Source: a virus
Reading direction: 5' to 3' (one strand)
Length of the DNA: 64,000 nt
Virus record (IMG/VR): IMGVR_UViG_3300044614_001780
A program made the translations under genes and the position numbers. The first letter of the stretch is position 1, and each line of letters begins with the position of its first letter. Shown piece after piece: positions 26,140 through 35,574 of the stretch. The notes beneath the pieces were generated by a model. The model was not told the DNA's origin. It was given only the letters and a program-made list of their open reading frames with translations, and did not search any database.

Positions 26140-27513
26140 TTAAAATTTAAATCCAGAAAATTTACTTGTTTTTTCTTCATCATTACTATACTCTTCTTCT
26201 TGTCCAGAGTCAAGTATATCTTTTTGAGCACTTTGCTCAACGTCGTAAAGACGCATCTTTGCCCTATCAATCCCAACAACAAATCTTTTATTCATTGTTG
26301 GGTCATTATATCTGTTCTTTAATTGCTTCACCATAATCTGACCAAGTTGCTCTAATTCTTCTGTCGAGATAAGAGCAAACATAAGATCAGCAGTAGCAGG
26401 CAACCCAAAACTTTCAGAAGTATCAGTAAGCTCAACATCAGAATTTCCGTAACCAGAACGAGTAGTTTGAGTGGCAGAGACAATTGGTACGTTAGTTTCA
26501 ACTGCTAATCCACGAAGTTCTTCAGCAATTGCTTTAATATAAGTATATGAATTGATGGAACTATTTGCCTTATGCCTAGAAGAAGCACAAATATTCAAAT
26601 AATCAACAAAGATAATATCAGGTTTAAATGATTTTTTAAGTGACAACTCATTCAAAAGTGCTCGGAAGTGTCCTGCGTGTGCGGAAGCAGTTGGATACTC
26701 TTTAATAATAAGAGTTCCTTGACTTTTTTTACTAATATTATTCACTTTAGATTCAAACATCACTTTAGGAAGTGATTGGATATCTTGAATATTCACGTTC
26801 AAAAGATTTGAGTCAATACGTTCCGCAATCCTCTCTTCAGCCATCTCCAAAGTAATATACAATACATTCTTACCTTGAAGCAGAACAGAAGCAGCAACGT
26901 GACACATAAAGAGGGACTTACCCACACCAGTGCCTGCAAGAGCAATATTGAGAGTTTTATTAGGAAGTCCACCTTTTGTAACTTTGTTGAAGAATTCCAA
27001 ATCGAAAGGAATTTTGTCCTCACGTTGGTGGTAGAACTCATATCGTTTTTCCGAGTCCTTAAAATAATCGTGTCCAATGTTATTATCGAAAGAGACTGCT
27101 AGAGCATCCGATAGAATACTTGGAATTGCATCTCGATTTTTCTTTTCATCTTGACCATCTGCAATCTTAATAGATTCCATAAGTGCAAGGTATATAGCAC
27201 GGTCTCTACACCATTTCTCAGTAGTATCTACCAACCACTTGTAGTCAACATCATTATTATCCAACTTAGACACATACTCACAAATAGTTTTGTATGTGTC
27301 TTCGGTAATATCAGTACGTTTTTCAGTTTCAATAAGGACAACTTCTTTGGTTGCAAGTTTTTCGTAAGCAACAATAAACTTACAAATCTCCTCAAAAACT
27401 ACTTTCTCATGCAAGTTTTCAAAATATTCATTTTTAATAAAAGGAAGAACTTTTCTACAATAGTCATTGTTGAAAAGAAGATTCCTAAGAATAGTAGTTT
27501 CGACTTTTTCCAT
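26140..27513 (-). CDS. gp41: Replicative DNA helicase
   Basis: AGTGVGKS, ITLEM, VDYLN, SATQTTR, SESFGLP. Confidence 0.96.
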   Translation of the reverse strand: MEKVETTILRNLLFNNDYCRKVLPFIKNEYFENLHEKVVFEEICKFIVAYEKLATKEVVLIETEKRTDITEDTYKTICEYVSKLDNNDVDYKWLVDTTEKWCRDRAIYLALMESIKIADGQDEKKNRDAIPSILSDALAVSFDNNIGHDYFKDSEKRYEFYHQREDKIPFDLEFFNKVTKGGLPNKTLNIALAGTGVGKSLFMCHVAASVLLQGKNVLYITLEMAEERIAERIDSNLLNVNIQDIQSLPKVMFESKVNNISKKSQGTLIIKEYPTASAHAGHFRALLNELSLKKSFKPDIIFVDYLNICASSRHKANSSINSYTYIKAIAEELRGLAVETNVPIVSATQTTRSGYGNSDVELTDTSESFGLPATADLMFALISTEELEQLGQIMVKQLKNRYNDPTMNKRFVVGIDRAKMRLYDVEQSAQKDILDSGQEEEYSNDEEKTSKFSGFKF

Positions 27514-28523
27514 TAACCTCCGTATGAAAACTCTTTCTTTGCTGCCTCATCAAGTGCTTGCATTACTTCACCAGTAAAATATTTCTCTGGATTCTCCATA
27601 ATGGTCTTACCATATTGAGAAGTTCCATCAGGAACTTGATACCTAGTACCAGACTTTTCAAATATACCATACTTCTCAGCAAGGTCAAGAAGACCATAAT
27701 ACTTATCAAGTCCACGTTCATCATAGTAAAGACGAACTTCTACAGTTTTATTCTCTTTACTCAAACGAGACTTGTGGGTAGTTGCTTTAATGATATTGCC
27801 AACTACTTCTGTTCCATCCTTTTCTTTTTTCTTAGAAAGATAGATGATGGTGGATGCTGCGTACTTAAGACCAGAACCCCCACTCATTTCTTTCATTGGA
27901 ACATAGGAACCAACAACATCATAAGTATGATTAGTAACAATCATTGGAATCTTTGCCTGCCCCAATTTCAAGGTTAGCATCCTAAAGGCACCTTTGACAA
28001 GTTGGGATTTAGTCATATCACGAACTTGCTTGTCATCCAAAGCATCTTGAATTTCCTTTTCTGTAGAAAGCATACCAAGAGAATCAAGAACAAACATACA
28101 AGGTTTACGTTCACCCTCTTTCTTTTTGAGATACAAATCTACCGATCGAAGTGCCTTTGAACGGAACTCCTCAATAGTCACCACGTTTACAACAACTACT
28201 CTACTGGTATCAAGACCCCTACTTGCAAGAAGGGATTTAGTTATAGCAGCCTCAGTATCAAAGTAGAGGCAATAACCATCGGGATTATTATCAAGGAAAT
28301 TCTTAACCACAGCGAGAGAAAAGAAAGTCTTTCCAGTACTAGACTCTCCAGCAATAGCAGTAATCTTATTCCCAGATACACCACCAAGTACACTACCTGA
28401 AACCAGTGCATTAAAAATGAATGAACCCGTGTCAACATAAGTCTCTGTTTCATCAATATCAGAGGCAAGTTGAGTGTATTCGCCTCCAATTTCTTTTACA
28501 ATATCTTTAAGAAAATCCATCAA
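27513..28523 (-). CDS. uvsX: RecA-like recombinase
   Basis: [28 protein letters not shown]. Confidence 0.95.
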   Translation of the reverse strand: MMDFLKDIVKEIGGEYTQLASDIDETETYVDTGSFIFNALVSGSVLGGVSGNKITAIAGESSTGKTFFSLAVVKNFLDNNPDGYCLYFDTEAAITKSLLASRGLDTSRVVVVNVVTIEEFRSKALRSVDLYLKKKEGERKPCMFVLDSLGMLSTEKEIQDALDDKQVRDMTKSQLVKGAFRMLTLKLGQAKIPMIVTNHTYDVVGSYVPMKEMSGGSGLKYAASTIIYLSKKKEKDGTEVVGNIIKATTHKSRLSKENKTVEVRLYYDERGLDKYYGLLDLAEKYGIFEKSGTRYQVPDGTSQYGKTIMENPEKYFTGEVMQALDEAAKKEFSYGG

Positions 28524-28684
28524 GCTACCATCCCATATTCTTCACGTAAGATTTTTTTATAAGGAAGTCCCTGTTCTTTTAGTTCCTTCACAAGTTTAAG
28601 TTTTTGATATAGTGCAGTGTCTCCACCAAGAGACATTGCTCTTACAATTGTATTCAGTTCTTCGTCGTTAATAGGCAAATCCAT
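28520..28684 (-). CDS. Hypothetical protein
   Basis: [11 protein letters not shown]...; coupled to gp43 stop (TGATG). Confidence 0.6.
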   Translation of the reverse strand: MDLPINDEELNTIVRAMSLGGDTALYQKLKLVKELKEQGLPYKKILREEYGMVA

Positions 28685-31182
28685 CAGGCAAAAAATGATT
28701 CTAGAGTAATTGTTTTTTCGACTTTCCAACCAATTGCATCAAGGATAACCCTCATAGGTTCCAAGAATGCTTTGTTGAATTGTAGTTCATAGTCGATGTA
28801 TTTGTCCAATCCCAGTTCTTTGGGGAACTCTTGAATGTAAGAAATTACATTCTCTCGGATTGGATTGGGAAGTTTTAGATAACAAAATTTAATTTTTTCA
28901 CCATTCTGAATTGCTGCATACTTTTTATCAAGTTTCTTTTCCTTAATAAAATGATTATACAGAAGAGCACCACGAACGTGAATGGGAGTTCCCTTTCCGT
29001 AAATTGTTGCGTGTGCTTTATGCTTTACCACATCAGAAACAGTTCTTGGAAATGATATTTCTTCCACAGAACGATTAGTAAACTCTCTCCGAGACTGTTC
29101 AATATAATCAATCATATCATCTTCAGTCTTAGTCATAATAATTTTGAGAGCATCCTTAATCATCTGACGACAAGGAGCAGGAGTAGAAGACTTAACTGCT
29201 TCCAGTCCCATAATCTTTAATTTTGGTTGTTCGTATCGAACACCTTCACTATCCCAAACATTAAGAATGTATCGTTTCTTAGCAGTCCAGATTCCACGGT
29301 CAGCAATGTTCTCCCGTTTCATCTGCATCTTTTGCTCATAAGCATTCACATAGTCCGCCAATTCTTGATAAGCACTTTCAATATAAGGCTCAAGTTCCAT
29401 TTTACACAACTTGTCAAGGAACGAGACAACTTTCTCACGAGTCTCCTCTCTTCCCTTGTATACACATTTAACCAAAGGACCCATATTAAGATAAATGGAA
29501 TCAGTATCAGAAGCAATGACATAATCTACGTTTTCAGTTTTCAACACCTTATTTAGATACTTGTTCATCTTACCCTCAATCCAACGAATTGAGACTTGCC
29601 CAGACAAAGTAATTGCCTCAGCATTTGCTAGTTTATAGTATCTAAAGTATTGGTTTCCGATGGCACCATAAGCAGAGTTCAGAGAAATCTTCTTTGCCAT
29701 CTGAATATTATTGCAACGAGCAATCTCTTTTTCCAATTCTTTGGTTGGAGTCTTCTGATATTCTTTCTTTGCCTCAATCATCTTCTTTTTGAAGATAACT
29801 CGGTCCCCATACATTTTTTCCATTAACTCTGGAAGAAATCCTTTCACATCCTTACGATACATTGCACCGTTAGCACAGACTGCATAATCTTTATACAGTT
29901 CAAAATTTATTTGTTCTTCAAGGATTCTATCAACAGTTGCTTGTGGATGTTTCTCGTTGAGGAGTGTCTCTGGAGAAATATTGTACTGCATAATAAGATG
30001 GGGATACAGAGAATTAAGGTCAAAACTGACCACCCAATCATATATCCCAGGAATCGGTTCCTTAACATATGCCCCCGCATATTTTTCATCTTTTGATGAT
30101 TTATCTTTTGGAGGAATAACAATGTTGCGTTTCTTAAGATAATTATAAATGATGGCATCCCAAGTTCTTACCTGAAAAAACACATCATTATAATTAACCT
30201 TAGCATCGTATGCCATAGTAAGGCATAACTCAATAAGTTTCATCTTGTCTTCCAATTGGTCAACAAGTTCAACGTCTTTGATGTTGTAGTCTACAAACTT
30301 TTGCCAGTCTTTCGTATAAAAATCCTTAAAGGTTTCAAACTCAGAGTGGTCTAGTTTTTTCTGTCCCAGTTCCACATTTGCAATATGGTCAAGACGATAT
30401 GACTCTTGATTTGTATAAGTAAACTTTTTATACAAATCAAGATAGTCAATCACAGAAACCCCCGCAATTTCGTAAGAGATTTGTTCTCTTCCCTGAATCA
30501 CAAGTTCTTTCCTGCGGATATTACCCCAAGGAGAAAGACGACGTGCTTCCTTATCTCCAAGAATCCGTTCAATACGTCCAGCAATATATGGGATATCATA
30601 CAACTCACAGTTCCATCCAGTAATAGCATCTGGAGTATTCTGTTGCCAGAATGCAAGGAATCGGTGAATCAAATCAATTTCATCAGAACACTTTACATAT
30701 GCAAGGTCTTTGCGAGTATTATTATACTCTCTAGAATTTGCAAAACAGATAATCTGCTTTGTTGCATAGTTCTGAAGGGTAATTGTAAGAATTTCTTCCG
30801 CACAATCAAAGACATTTGGGAATCCACTTTCAGCAGAAACCTCGATGTCAATTGTAAATAATCTGATTTTTGAAATATCAAATTTTATTTCTTCTTCTGG
30901 ATATTTGTCAGAAATATACTGTGCTTTATAGTTGTCATTGCCATAGACAACAAATCCCTCAACCTTAGAATATTTTTCTAGAAATTCTCTACACTCTGAA
31001 ATTTTTCCAGGTTGAATAGGTTCTACTGGATATCCATCCAACGTTCTATATTTTGTTTTTTTCTTTGAAGGTACAAATAAAGTAGGTTGATAATCTTCTT
31101 CTATTTGAAAGTATTCACCGTTGTCATAACCACGGACCAACATTTTATTAAATTTTTCATAGACGTTGGTGTAAAATCTCAT
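28684..31182 (-). CDS. gp43: Family B DNA polymerase
   Basis: DIEV exonuclease, SFDLNSLYP, KISLNSAYG, DTDS, KKRY. Confidence 0.97.
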   Translation of the reverse strand: MRFYTNVYEKFNKMLVRGYDNGEYFQIEEDYQPTLFVPSKKKTKYRTLDGYPVEPIQPGKISECREFLEKYSKVEGFVVYGNDNYKAQYISDKYPEEEIKFDISKIRLFTIDIEVSAESGFPNVFDCAEEILTITLQNYATKQIICFANSREYNNTRKDLAYVKCSDEIDLIHRFLAFWQQNTPDAITGWNCELYDIPYIAGRIERILGDKEARRLSPWGNIRRKELVIQGREQISYEIAGVSVIDYLDLYKKFTYTNQESYRLDHIANVELGQKKLDHSEFETFKDFYTKDWQKFVDYNIKDVELVDQLEDKMKLIELCLTMAYDAKVNYNDVFFQVRTWDAIIYNYLKKRNIVIPPKDKSSKDEKYAGAYVKEPIPGIYDWVVSFDLNSLYPHLIMQYNISPETLLNEKHPQATVDRILEEQINFELYKDYAVCANGAMYRKDVKGFLPELMEKMYGDRVIFKKKMIEAKKEYQKTPTKELEKEIARCNNIQMAKKISLNSAYGAIGNQYFRYYKLANAEAITLSGQVSIRWIEGKMNKYLNKVLKTENVDYVIASDTDSIYLNMGPLVKCVYKGREETREKVVSFLDKLCKMELEPYIESAYQELADYVNAYEQKMQMKRENIADRGIWTAKKRYILNVWDSEGVRYEQPKLKIMGLEAVKSSTPAPCRQMIKDALKIIMTKTEDDMIDYIEQSRREFTNRSVEEISFPRTVSDVVKHKAHATIYGKGTPIHVRGALLYNHFIKEKKLDKKYAAIQNGEKIKFCYLKLPNPIRENVISYIQEFPKELGLDKYIDYELQFNKAFLEPMRVILDAIGWKVEKTITLESFFA

Positions 31183-31442
31183 TGTGTAAGTTCTAAATAT
31201 TCGTCAAGCAAAGTTTGTTTAGGTTCAATTAGTGTCAGAATCTTATCCGAACTAATCATCAATTGGTCGGCATCTGTATAGTCTCCTATCCATGGAGATA
31301 ATTTTTCACCTTCAGACACAACAAAGGGATTTGTAAGTTTACAATCTGGTTGTCCCAAGTCCACAACTAGTTCTTCAATTTCAGATATCAGGAATGTATT
31401 GTTCATTAAGAGAATTAACATTATTGTTTTGTTCGTTTCCAT
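31179..31442 (-). CDS. Hypothetical protein (Sm-like pattern)
   Basis: LISEIEE...CKLTNPF...LSPW...ISSDKILTLIEP; resembles upstream neighbour. Confidence 0.65.
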   Translation of the reverse strand: METNKTIMLILLMNNTFLISEIEELVVDLGQPDCKLTNPFVVSEGEKLSPWIGDYTDADQLMISSDKILTLIEPKQTLLDEYLELTQ

Positions 31443-31734
31443 TCATTCGTTCCTCATAAGATTTTTTTACCATTTCTACTGGTTCCACTATAGTCACAAT
31501 CCAGTCCTTTTTTACTGGAATATTTGTATCAAAAGATAAAGGCATCCAAGGATAAAAGGCAATTTTATACTCATGCTCCTTTTCATTCTCAAGTAGAGTT
31601 TGTGGGGAAATCAATTTAACAACAACTGGATTTGAAAAAATTAAAGAAATTAAATTCCCTTCGTCATCAACTAATTCCTTAATATCTGCTACTACATCTT
31701 CACCAGATTTAAGTACAGCAAGTTTAATAGTCAT
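31381..31734 (-). CDS. Hypothetical protein (Sm-like pattern)
   Basis: KLAVLKSGEDVVADIKE...PWMPLS...DWIVTIVEP. Confidence 0.7.
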   Translation of the reverse strand: MTIKLAVLKSGEDVVADIKELVDDEGNLISLIFSNPVVVKLISPQTLLENEKEHEYKIAFYPWMPLSFDTNIPVKKDWIVTIVEPVEMVKKSYEERMNGNEQNNNVNSLNEQYIPDI

Positions 31735-31755
31735 ATTTGTCAAGTACCTCAAAAA

Positions 31756-31807
31756 ATTATAGCAAGAAAAAAGGGGGAAGTCAACTGGATTTTGCCAGTT
31801 GTTCCCC
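31756..31807 (-). terminator. Long terminator hairpin with embedded promoter TTGACT-N17-TATAAT
   Basis: GGGGAACAACTGG-CAAAAT-CCAGTTGACTTCCCCC-TTTTTT. Confidence 0.7.
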
Positions 31808-31831
31808 TGCGCCGACGATATTCAATATTAT

Positions 31832-32272
31832 TTATAAGTAGTCTTTACGTGTATGATGCTCTGGAACTATTTTACCAAGTTTAATCATTAACAATCCATC
31901 TTCGAATGCAACCTCTCGTACTTCCGTGTCGTCTGATAGTGTCCATGCTCTCTTGAAACTTCTTTGAGCCAATCCCTTATGGACGTATTGGGTATCAGAC
32001 TCCCTATCTTCCTTTTGCCCTTCGATAAAAAGTTTTCCATACTCTGTGTATACATGGACTTCCTCCTTTTTAAATCCAGCAAGTGCAAGTTCAAGTCTTG
32101 ATTCTACATTGCTTACTTGAACAAGGTTATATGGGGGATAGTTAGAAGTTGTTTCATGAAGATGAAACAGACGATCAAAATATTCATCCATTCCAATGCT
32201 ATTGCGGGTAATTCTTTCCATCAAGGCAGGAAGATCCGCAGCAGTAAACCGTGATGTTGCAAGGTTAGTCAT
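31832..32272 (-). CDS. hsp20: Small heat shock protein
   Basis: NYPPYN, LELALAGF, HKGLAQRSF, FEDGLL; AGGAG upstream of ATG 32272. Confidence 0.93.
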   Translation of the reverse strand: MTNLATSRFTAADLPALMERITRNSIGMDEYFDRLFHLHETTSNYPPYNLVQVSNVESRLELALAGFKKEEVHVYTEYGKLFIEGQKEDRESDTQYVHKGLAQRSFKRAWTLSDDTEVREVAFEDGLLMIKLGKIVPEHHTRKDYL

Positions 32273-32349
32273 TATAGTAGCTCCTTTAAAAGCGAGTTTG
32301 TGTTTTGTGGACCCATTCGGCATCCCACAATTATATATCGCAAAAGCAT

Positions 32350-32374
32350 AAAAAAGGGAGGTTCGGACCTCCCT
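32350..32374 (-). terminator. Intrinsic terminator after regA
   Basis: AGGGAGGT-CCGA-ACCTCCCT-TTTT. Confidence 0.8.
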
Positions 32375-32380
32375 AAAAAA

Positions 32381-32824
32381 TTATTCGGTTTCTTCTTCCC
32401 CTCTCTTTTTCTTTGCACCAATATTATATTTTGTTTCCAAAATCCAATCACCTTTATCTTTAAAAGATAAAACTTTAATTTGATTCAATGGTGCAATATC
32501 AGAGATTTTACTAACATCAACTACAGTAATCAATCCCCAATCTGCCAATAACTGCGTAATTCTGTTCCTTCTTTGAACATCATTCACAGTCAAATTTGCT
32601 GGTTTACCATCCAAAGCAAATAGTTCTTTAAAATGAACAAGATAATACTTACCTTGCTTATGAAGAATATGACAAGACTGATAGATTTTCTTTTCTTTGC
32701 GAGATGCTACTCCAATACGGGTCAAAGTCTCACGAACTTTCAAAAAGTCATCAGGTTCATTAAGAATAACTTCCACCATTTGGTCCGAAGACCACTTCAC
32801 TTCGGGCTCCTGCACGACACTCAT
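32381..32824 (-). CDS. regA: Translational repressor RegA
   Basis: DDFLKVRETLTRIGVAS, QSCHILHKQG.YY.VHFKELF. Confidence 0.96.
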   Translation of the reverse strand: MSVVQEPEVKWSSDQMVEVILNEPDDFLKVRETLTRIGVASRKEKKIYQSCHILHKQGKYYLVHFKELFALDGKPANLTVNDVQRRNRITQLLADWGLITVVDVSKISDIAPLNQIKVLSFKDKGDWILETKYNIGAKKKRGEEETE

Positions 32825-33207
32825 TTTTTTCCTCCAACATCAAGTTTTTGTTTAATAAAATTAATTTGTTCTTTACTAAGAATTTTCAAAGCTTGCTCTG
32901 CCTTTTCATTACTATATCCATAGTAAGATTTGACATATTCAATATCTTTGATTTTCTCTTTTTTGACCCAAGGAGAATATCTCTTCTTGATTCTGATTAT
33001 ATTTATATAAAAATCATATTGAAGTTTCTTGTTCAGTCTATGATTTATATTCATTTCATTTGCATACATTATGCAATCAATATGCCCAGACAAGCATTTG
33101 TTAATAATATATGGAGGATATTCCTTCTCCAAAGAAAGATCTTCATCTAAAATATTATCTTTTGTTTGGTTAATACTGCTCAACCAGTCCTTCAAATCGA
33201 TACTCAT
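32821..33207 (-). CDS. gp62: Clamp loader small subunit
   Basis: YPPYIINKCLS, ANEMN, YYGYSNEKA; position between gp44 and regA. Confidence 0.92.
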   Translation of the reverse strand: MSIDLKDWLSSINQTKDNILDEDLSLEKEYPPYIINKCLSGHIDCIMYANEMNINHRLNKKLQYDFYINIIRIKKRYSPWVKKEKIKDIEYVKSYYGYSNEKAEQALKILSKEQINFIKQKLDVGGKK

Positions 33208-34148
33208 TTAAACTTGCACTCCACCATAATTTCTGTGAGTGCTGCCAGCAGGTTTATTTCTTGGTCTGCCACAAATGCTGCTTGATACTGATACTTAGCA
33301 ACAATGAGGACGGCAGCAGCAATAGAAGGACCATCAAGGGTTTCATAACAAGCATCGTAAACACGACGCAAAAGTACCCCAGAATCATTGTCCAAATTAC
33401 TAACGACCCACTTACGTACCTCAGAAAAGTTTTTTTCCTTAAGATGTTTAATAAGGTCATCTGTCTTTACCTCCCCAAAAGACGCAAGAATCCCCGTGTC
33501 AATTTCACCACCCACCGAATATCGTTGGCACTCGTTAAGGACCCTTCTCCAGTCTGGGAAGTGTTTATTAATGAGTTCTGCAAGGACTTTTGGATCGTAC
33601 TTGATTTGTTCCAGTTCAAGTACTTGCTGTAGTCTTTTAAAGAATTGTCCTGCAATTTGTGGTCGTTGTCTTCCTTGAATGGAAAACTCCACAACGGCAC
33701 AACGGGAATGGAGTGGTTCAATGATTTTGTTTTTGTAGTTGCAGGTAAAGATAAATCTGCAGTTTCCACTAAATTCCTCAATAGACGCCCGTAAGAGGAG
33801 TTGTACATCTGCGGTCGTATTATCTGCCTCATCAATGATGATGACTTTGTGTTTAGCAGTTGACGAAAGTGAGACGGTCGAAGCGAAGTTCTTCGCATTG
33901 TTTCTGACAGTATCGAGGAATCTACCTTCGTCGGATCCATTGATGACATAAAAATCAGCTCCCAATTCATTACAAAGTGCCTTTGCTACTGTTGTTTTTC
34001 CACAACCAGCAGGACCTGTAAGAAGCAAATTTGGCACTTCTCCCTTATTTAGAAAGTCACTAAAGGTTTTCTTAATATTCTCTGGGAGAATACACTCTTC
34101 AATTGTCTTGGGTCGATACTTTTCGACCCACAAAAAATCACCACGCAT
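33204..34148 (-). CDS. gp44: Clamp loader large subunit
   Basis: WVEKYRP, GPAGCGKT, IIDEAD, SRC. Confidence 0.96.
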   Translation of the reverse strand: MRGDFLWVEKYRPKTIEECILPENIKKTFSDFLNKGEVPNLLLTGPAGCGKTTVAKALCNELGADFYVINGSDEGRFLDTVRNNAKNFASTVSLSSTAKHKVIIIDEADNTTADVQLLLRASIEEFSGNCRFIFTCNYKNKIIEPLHSRCAVVEFSIQGRQRPQIAGQFFKRLQQVLELEQIKYDPKVLAELINKHFPDWRRVLNECQRYSVGGEIDTGILASFGEVKTDDLIKHLKEKNFSEVRKWVVSNLDNDSGVLLRRVYDACYETLDGPSIAAAVLIVAKYQYQAAFVADQEINLLAALTEIMVECKFK

Positions 34149-34150
34149 AA

Positions 34151-34300
34151 TTAAGAAATAGGTTGAGGTCCACCAATAATAATAGCAGAAGGAATCTGAG
34201 CTTGGGCAATATGTTTTGCCTGTGATTGACTATCTGCATCAACAATTACTTCCAGGTATCGGTTATCACCTGGAAGTTTATATTTAACTTTATATCTCAT
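34151..34300 (-). CDS. Hypothetical protein (49 aa)
   Basis: Not in track; MRYKVKYKLPGDNRYLEVIVDADSQSQAKHIAQAQIPSAIIIGGPQPIS; ATGA overlap with gp45 stop. Confidence 0.55.
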   Translation of the reverse strand: MRYKVKYKLPGDNRYLEVIVDADSQSQAKHIAQAQIPSAIIIGGPQPIS

Positions 34301-34968
34301 TCAAAAGAAGAATCTGGTTCTAACGCAATATAGTAATTAAGATTATACCTTTCATTAGTAAACTTAGAGAGTAATTTTTTAGAAACAACTACATCATATG
34401 TTCCTGGAATAATTTTAATATTTTCTACCTTAAAATTAAATACGAAATTATTTTTCGTTTCTCCAACATCAATAGAGAATTCATTAGATGTATCATTTTT
34501 CTTATCTCGAACTAGCAAACGAATAACTCCATCTTCACCAACAGCAGAAAGGTCAGGAAGTTGGTACACTGCTGCTGCTTTGATGAGTTTATCCAATTGA
34601 GAGTGCTCCAGTTGGAAACAAACATCTTGAGTTGGAAGTTCTAGTTCTTTTTCAGGTGGAGTTACAATAACTTCAGGGTCTGCAAAGAAATATTTTACTT
34701 TTCTTTTTCCCTCACTGATTACAATGTATGAATTATTTTCAAAATTCAAATCTGGGTCTTGGTGAAGACCCAATCCATTCAGAAATTGATTGAGATCATA
34801 AATTGCAAAATCTTTTGGGAAAGTTTCATTGACAGTTGCTTCTGCTAGAATATTTTTCATTACAGAAATAGTTCTAAGTTTAGAACCAGATTTTACCAAA
34901 ATCGATTGGTTAATAGAAGCAAAGTTTTTAAGTACGTTAATAGTTTCAGAGGAAAGTTTCATAATCAA
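34297..34968 (-). CDS. gp45: Sliding clamp
   Basis: MKLS.ET..LKNFASINQS, FAIYDLNQFL. Confidence 0.95.
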   Translation of the reverse strand: MIMKLSSETINVLKNFASINQSILVKSGSKLRTISVMKNILAEATVNETFPKDFAIYDLNQFLNGLGLHQDPDLNFENNSYIVISEGKRKVKYFFADPEVIVTPPEKELELPTQDVCFQLEHSQLDKLIKAAAVYQLPDLSAVGEDGVIRLLVRDKKNDTSNEFSIDVGETKNNFVFNFKVENIKIIPGTYDVVVSKKLLSKFTNERYNLNYYIALEPDSSFE

Positions 34969-35528
34969 TAAGGAAAATCAGAATTAGGTTTTTTGTGGAG
35001 ACCAGAGAAATGATACAGGAGAATACAATAATGTATTGCCTTCAAAATGTCCATCTTGGATTTACCATTCTTCTTACCAAAACGAGAAAGGTATTTAATT
35101 GCATTTGAACGGGTAAATGCTTCCGCATCACCAATACTCTCAATCAAATCCAAAGTCTGGGTTTTGGACTGCTCAGAAGTGTAATGGGAATGATAAGTAC
35201 TTGAAAGATATTGCTCTACTTCTTTAAGGGTTTTATCTTCTTCATATTTCCAGAATCCATTTTTGTTGTTTTGCTCACTCATGCTATTAACTGTATTAAA
35301 ACTAATTGTATCAGAAGAATATGGTCCAGGGTTTCCAACAAGACTAAATCCGTCTTCATACCAAAATTGTTGACTAGGATGGTCTGCTGGATAGATTGTA
35401 TCACCTCCCTTTGCCCCCACAACAGTATCACCACTAAAAGTAATTACATCTGGGTTTTGGTTTACTACTTGGGCAGCAGGAGGATTATTAAGGTTAATGT
35501 TGTACGTTGTAAAATTTTTATCGTCCAT
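34965..35528 (-). CDS. DUF3310-like protein with N-terminal extension
   Basis: HY...NAIKYLSRFGKK...DILKAIHY; promoter TTGACT...TGTTATACT at about 35551-35578. Confidence 0.6.
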   Translation of the reverse strand: MDDKNFTTYNINLNNPPAAQVVNQNPDVITFSGDTVVGAKGGDTIYPADHPSQQFWYEDGFSLVGNPGPYSSDTISFNTVNSMSEQNNKNGFWKYEEDKTLKEVEQYLSSTYHSHYTSEQSKTQTLDLIESIGDAEAFTRSNAIKYLSRFGKKNGKSKMDILKAIHYCILLYHFSGLHKKPNSDFPY

Positions 35529-35574
35529 AATAAAAGATTCACTCCAAATCAGTATAACAGATTTCAAGAAGGAG

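Noticed and set aside
15310-31182. Possible introns or inteins in nrdA, nrdB, gp61, gp41 and gp43
   Set aside because: All are uninterrupted and of ordinary length, with no intein or homing-endonuclease insert visible
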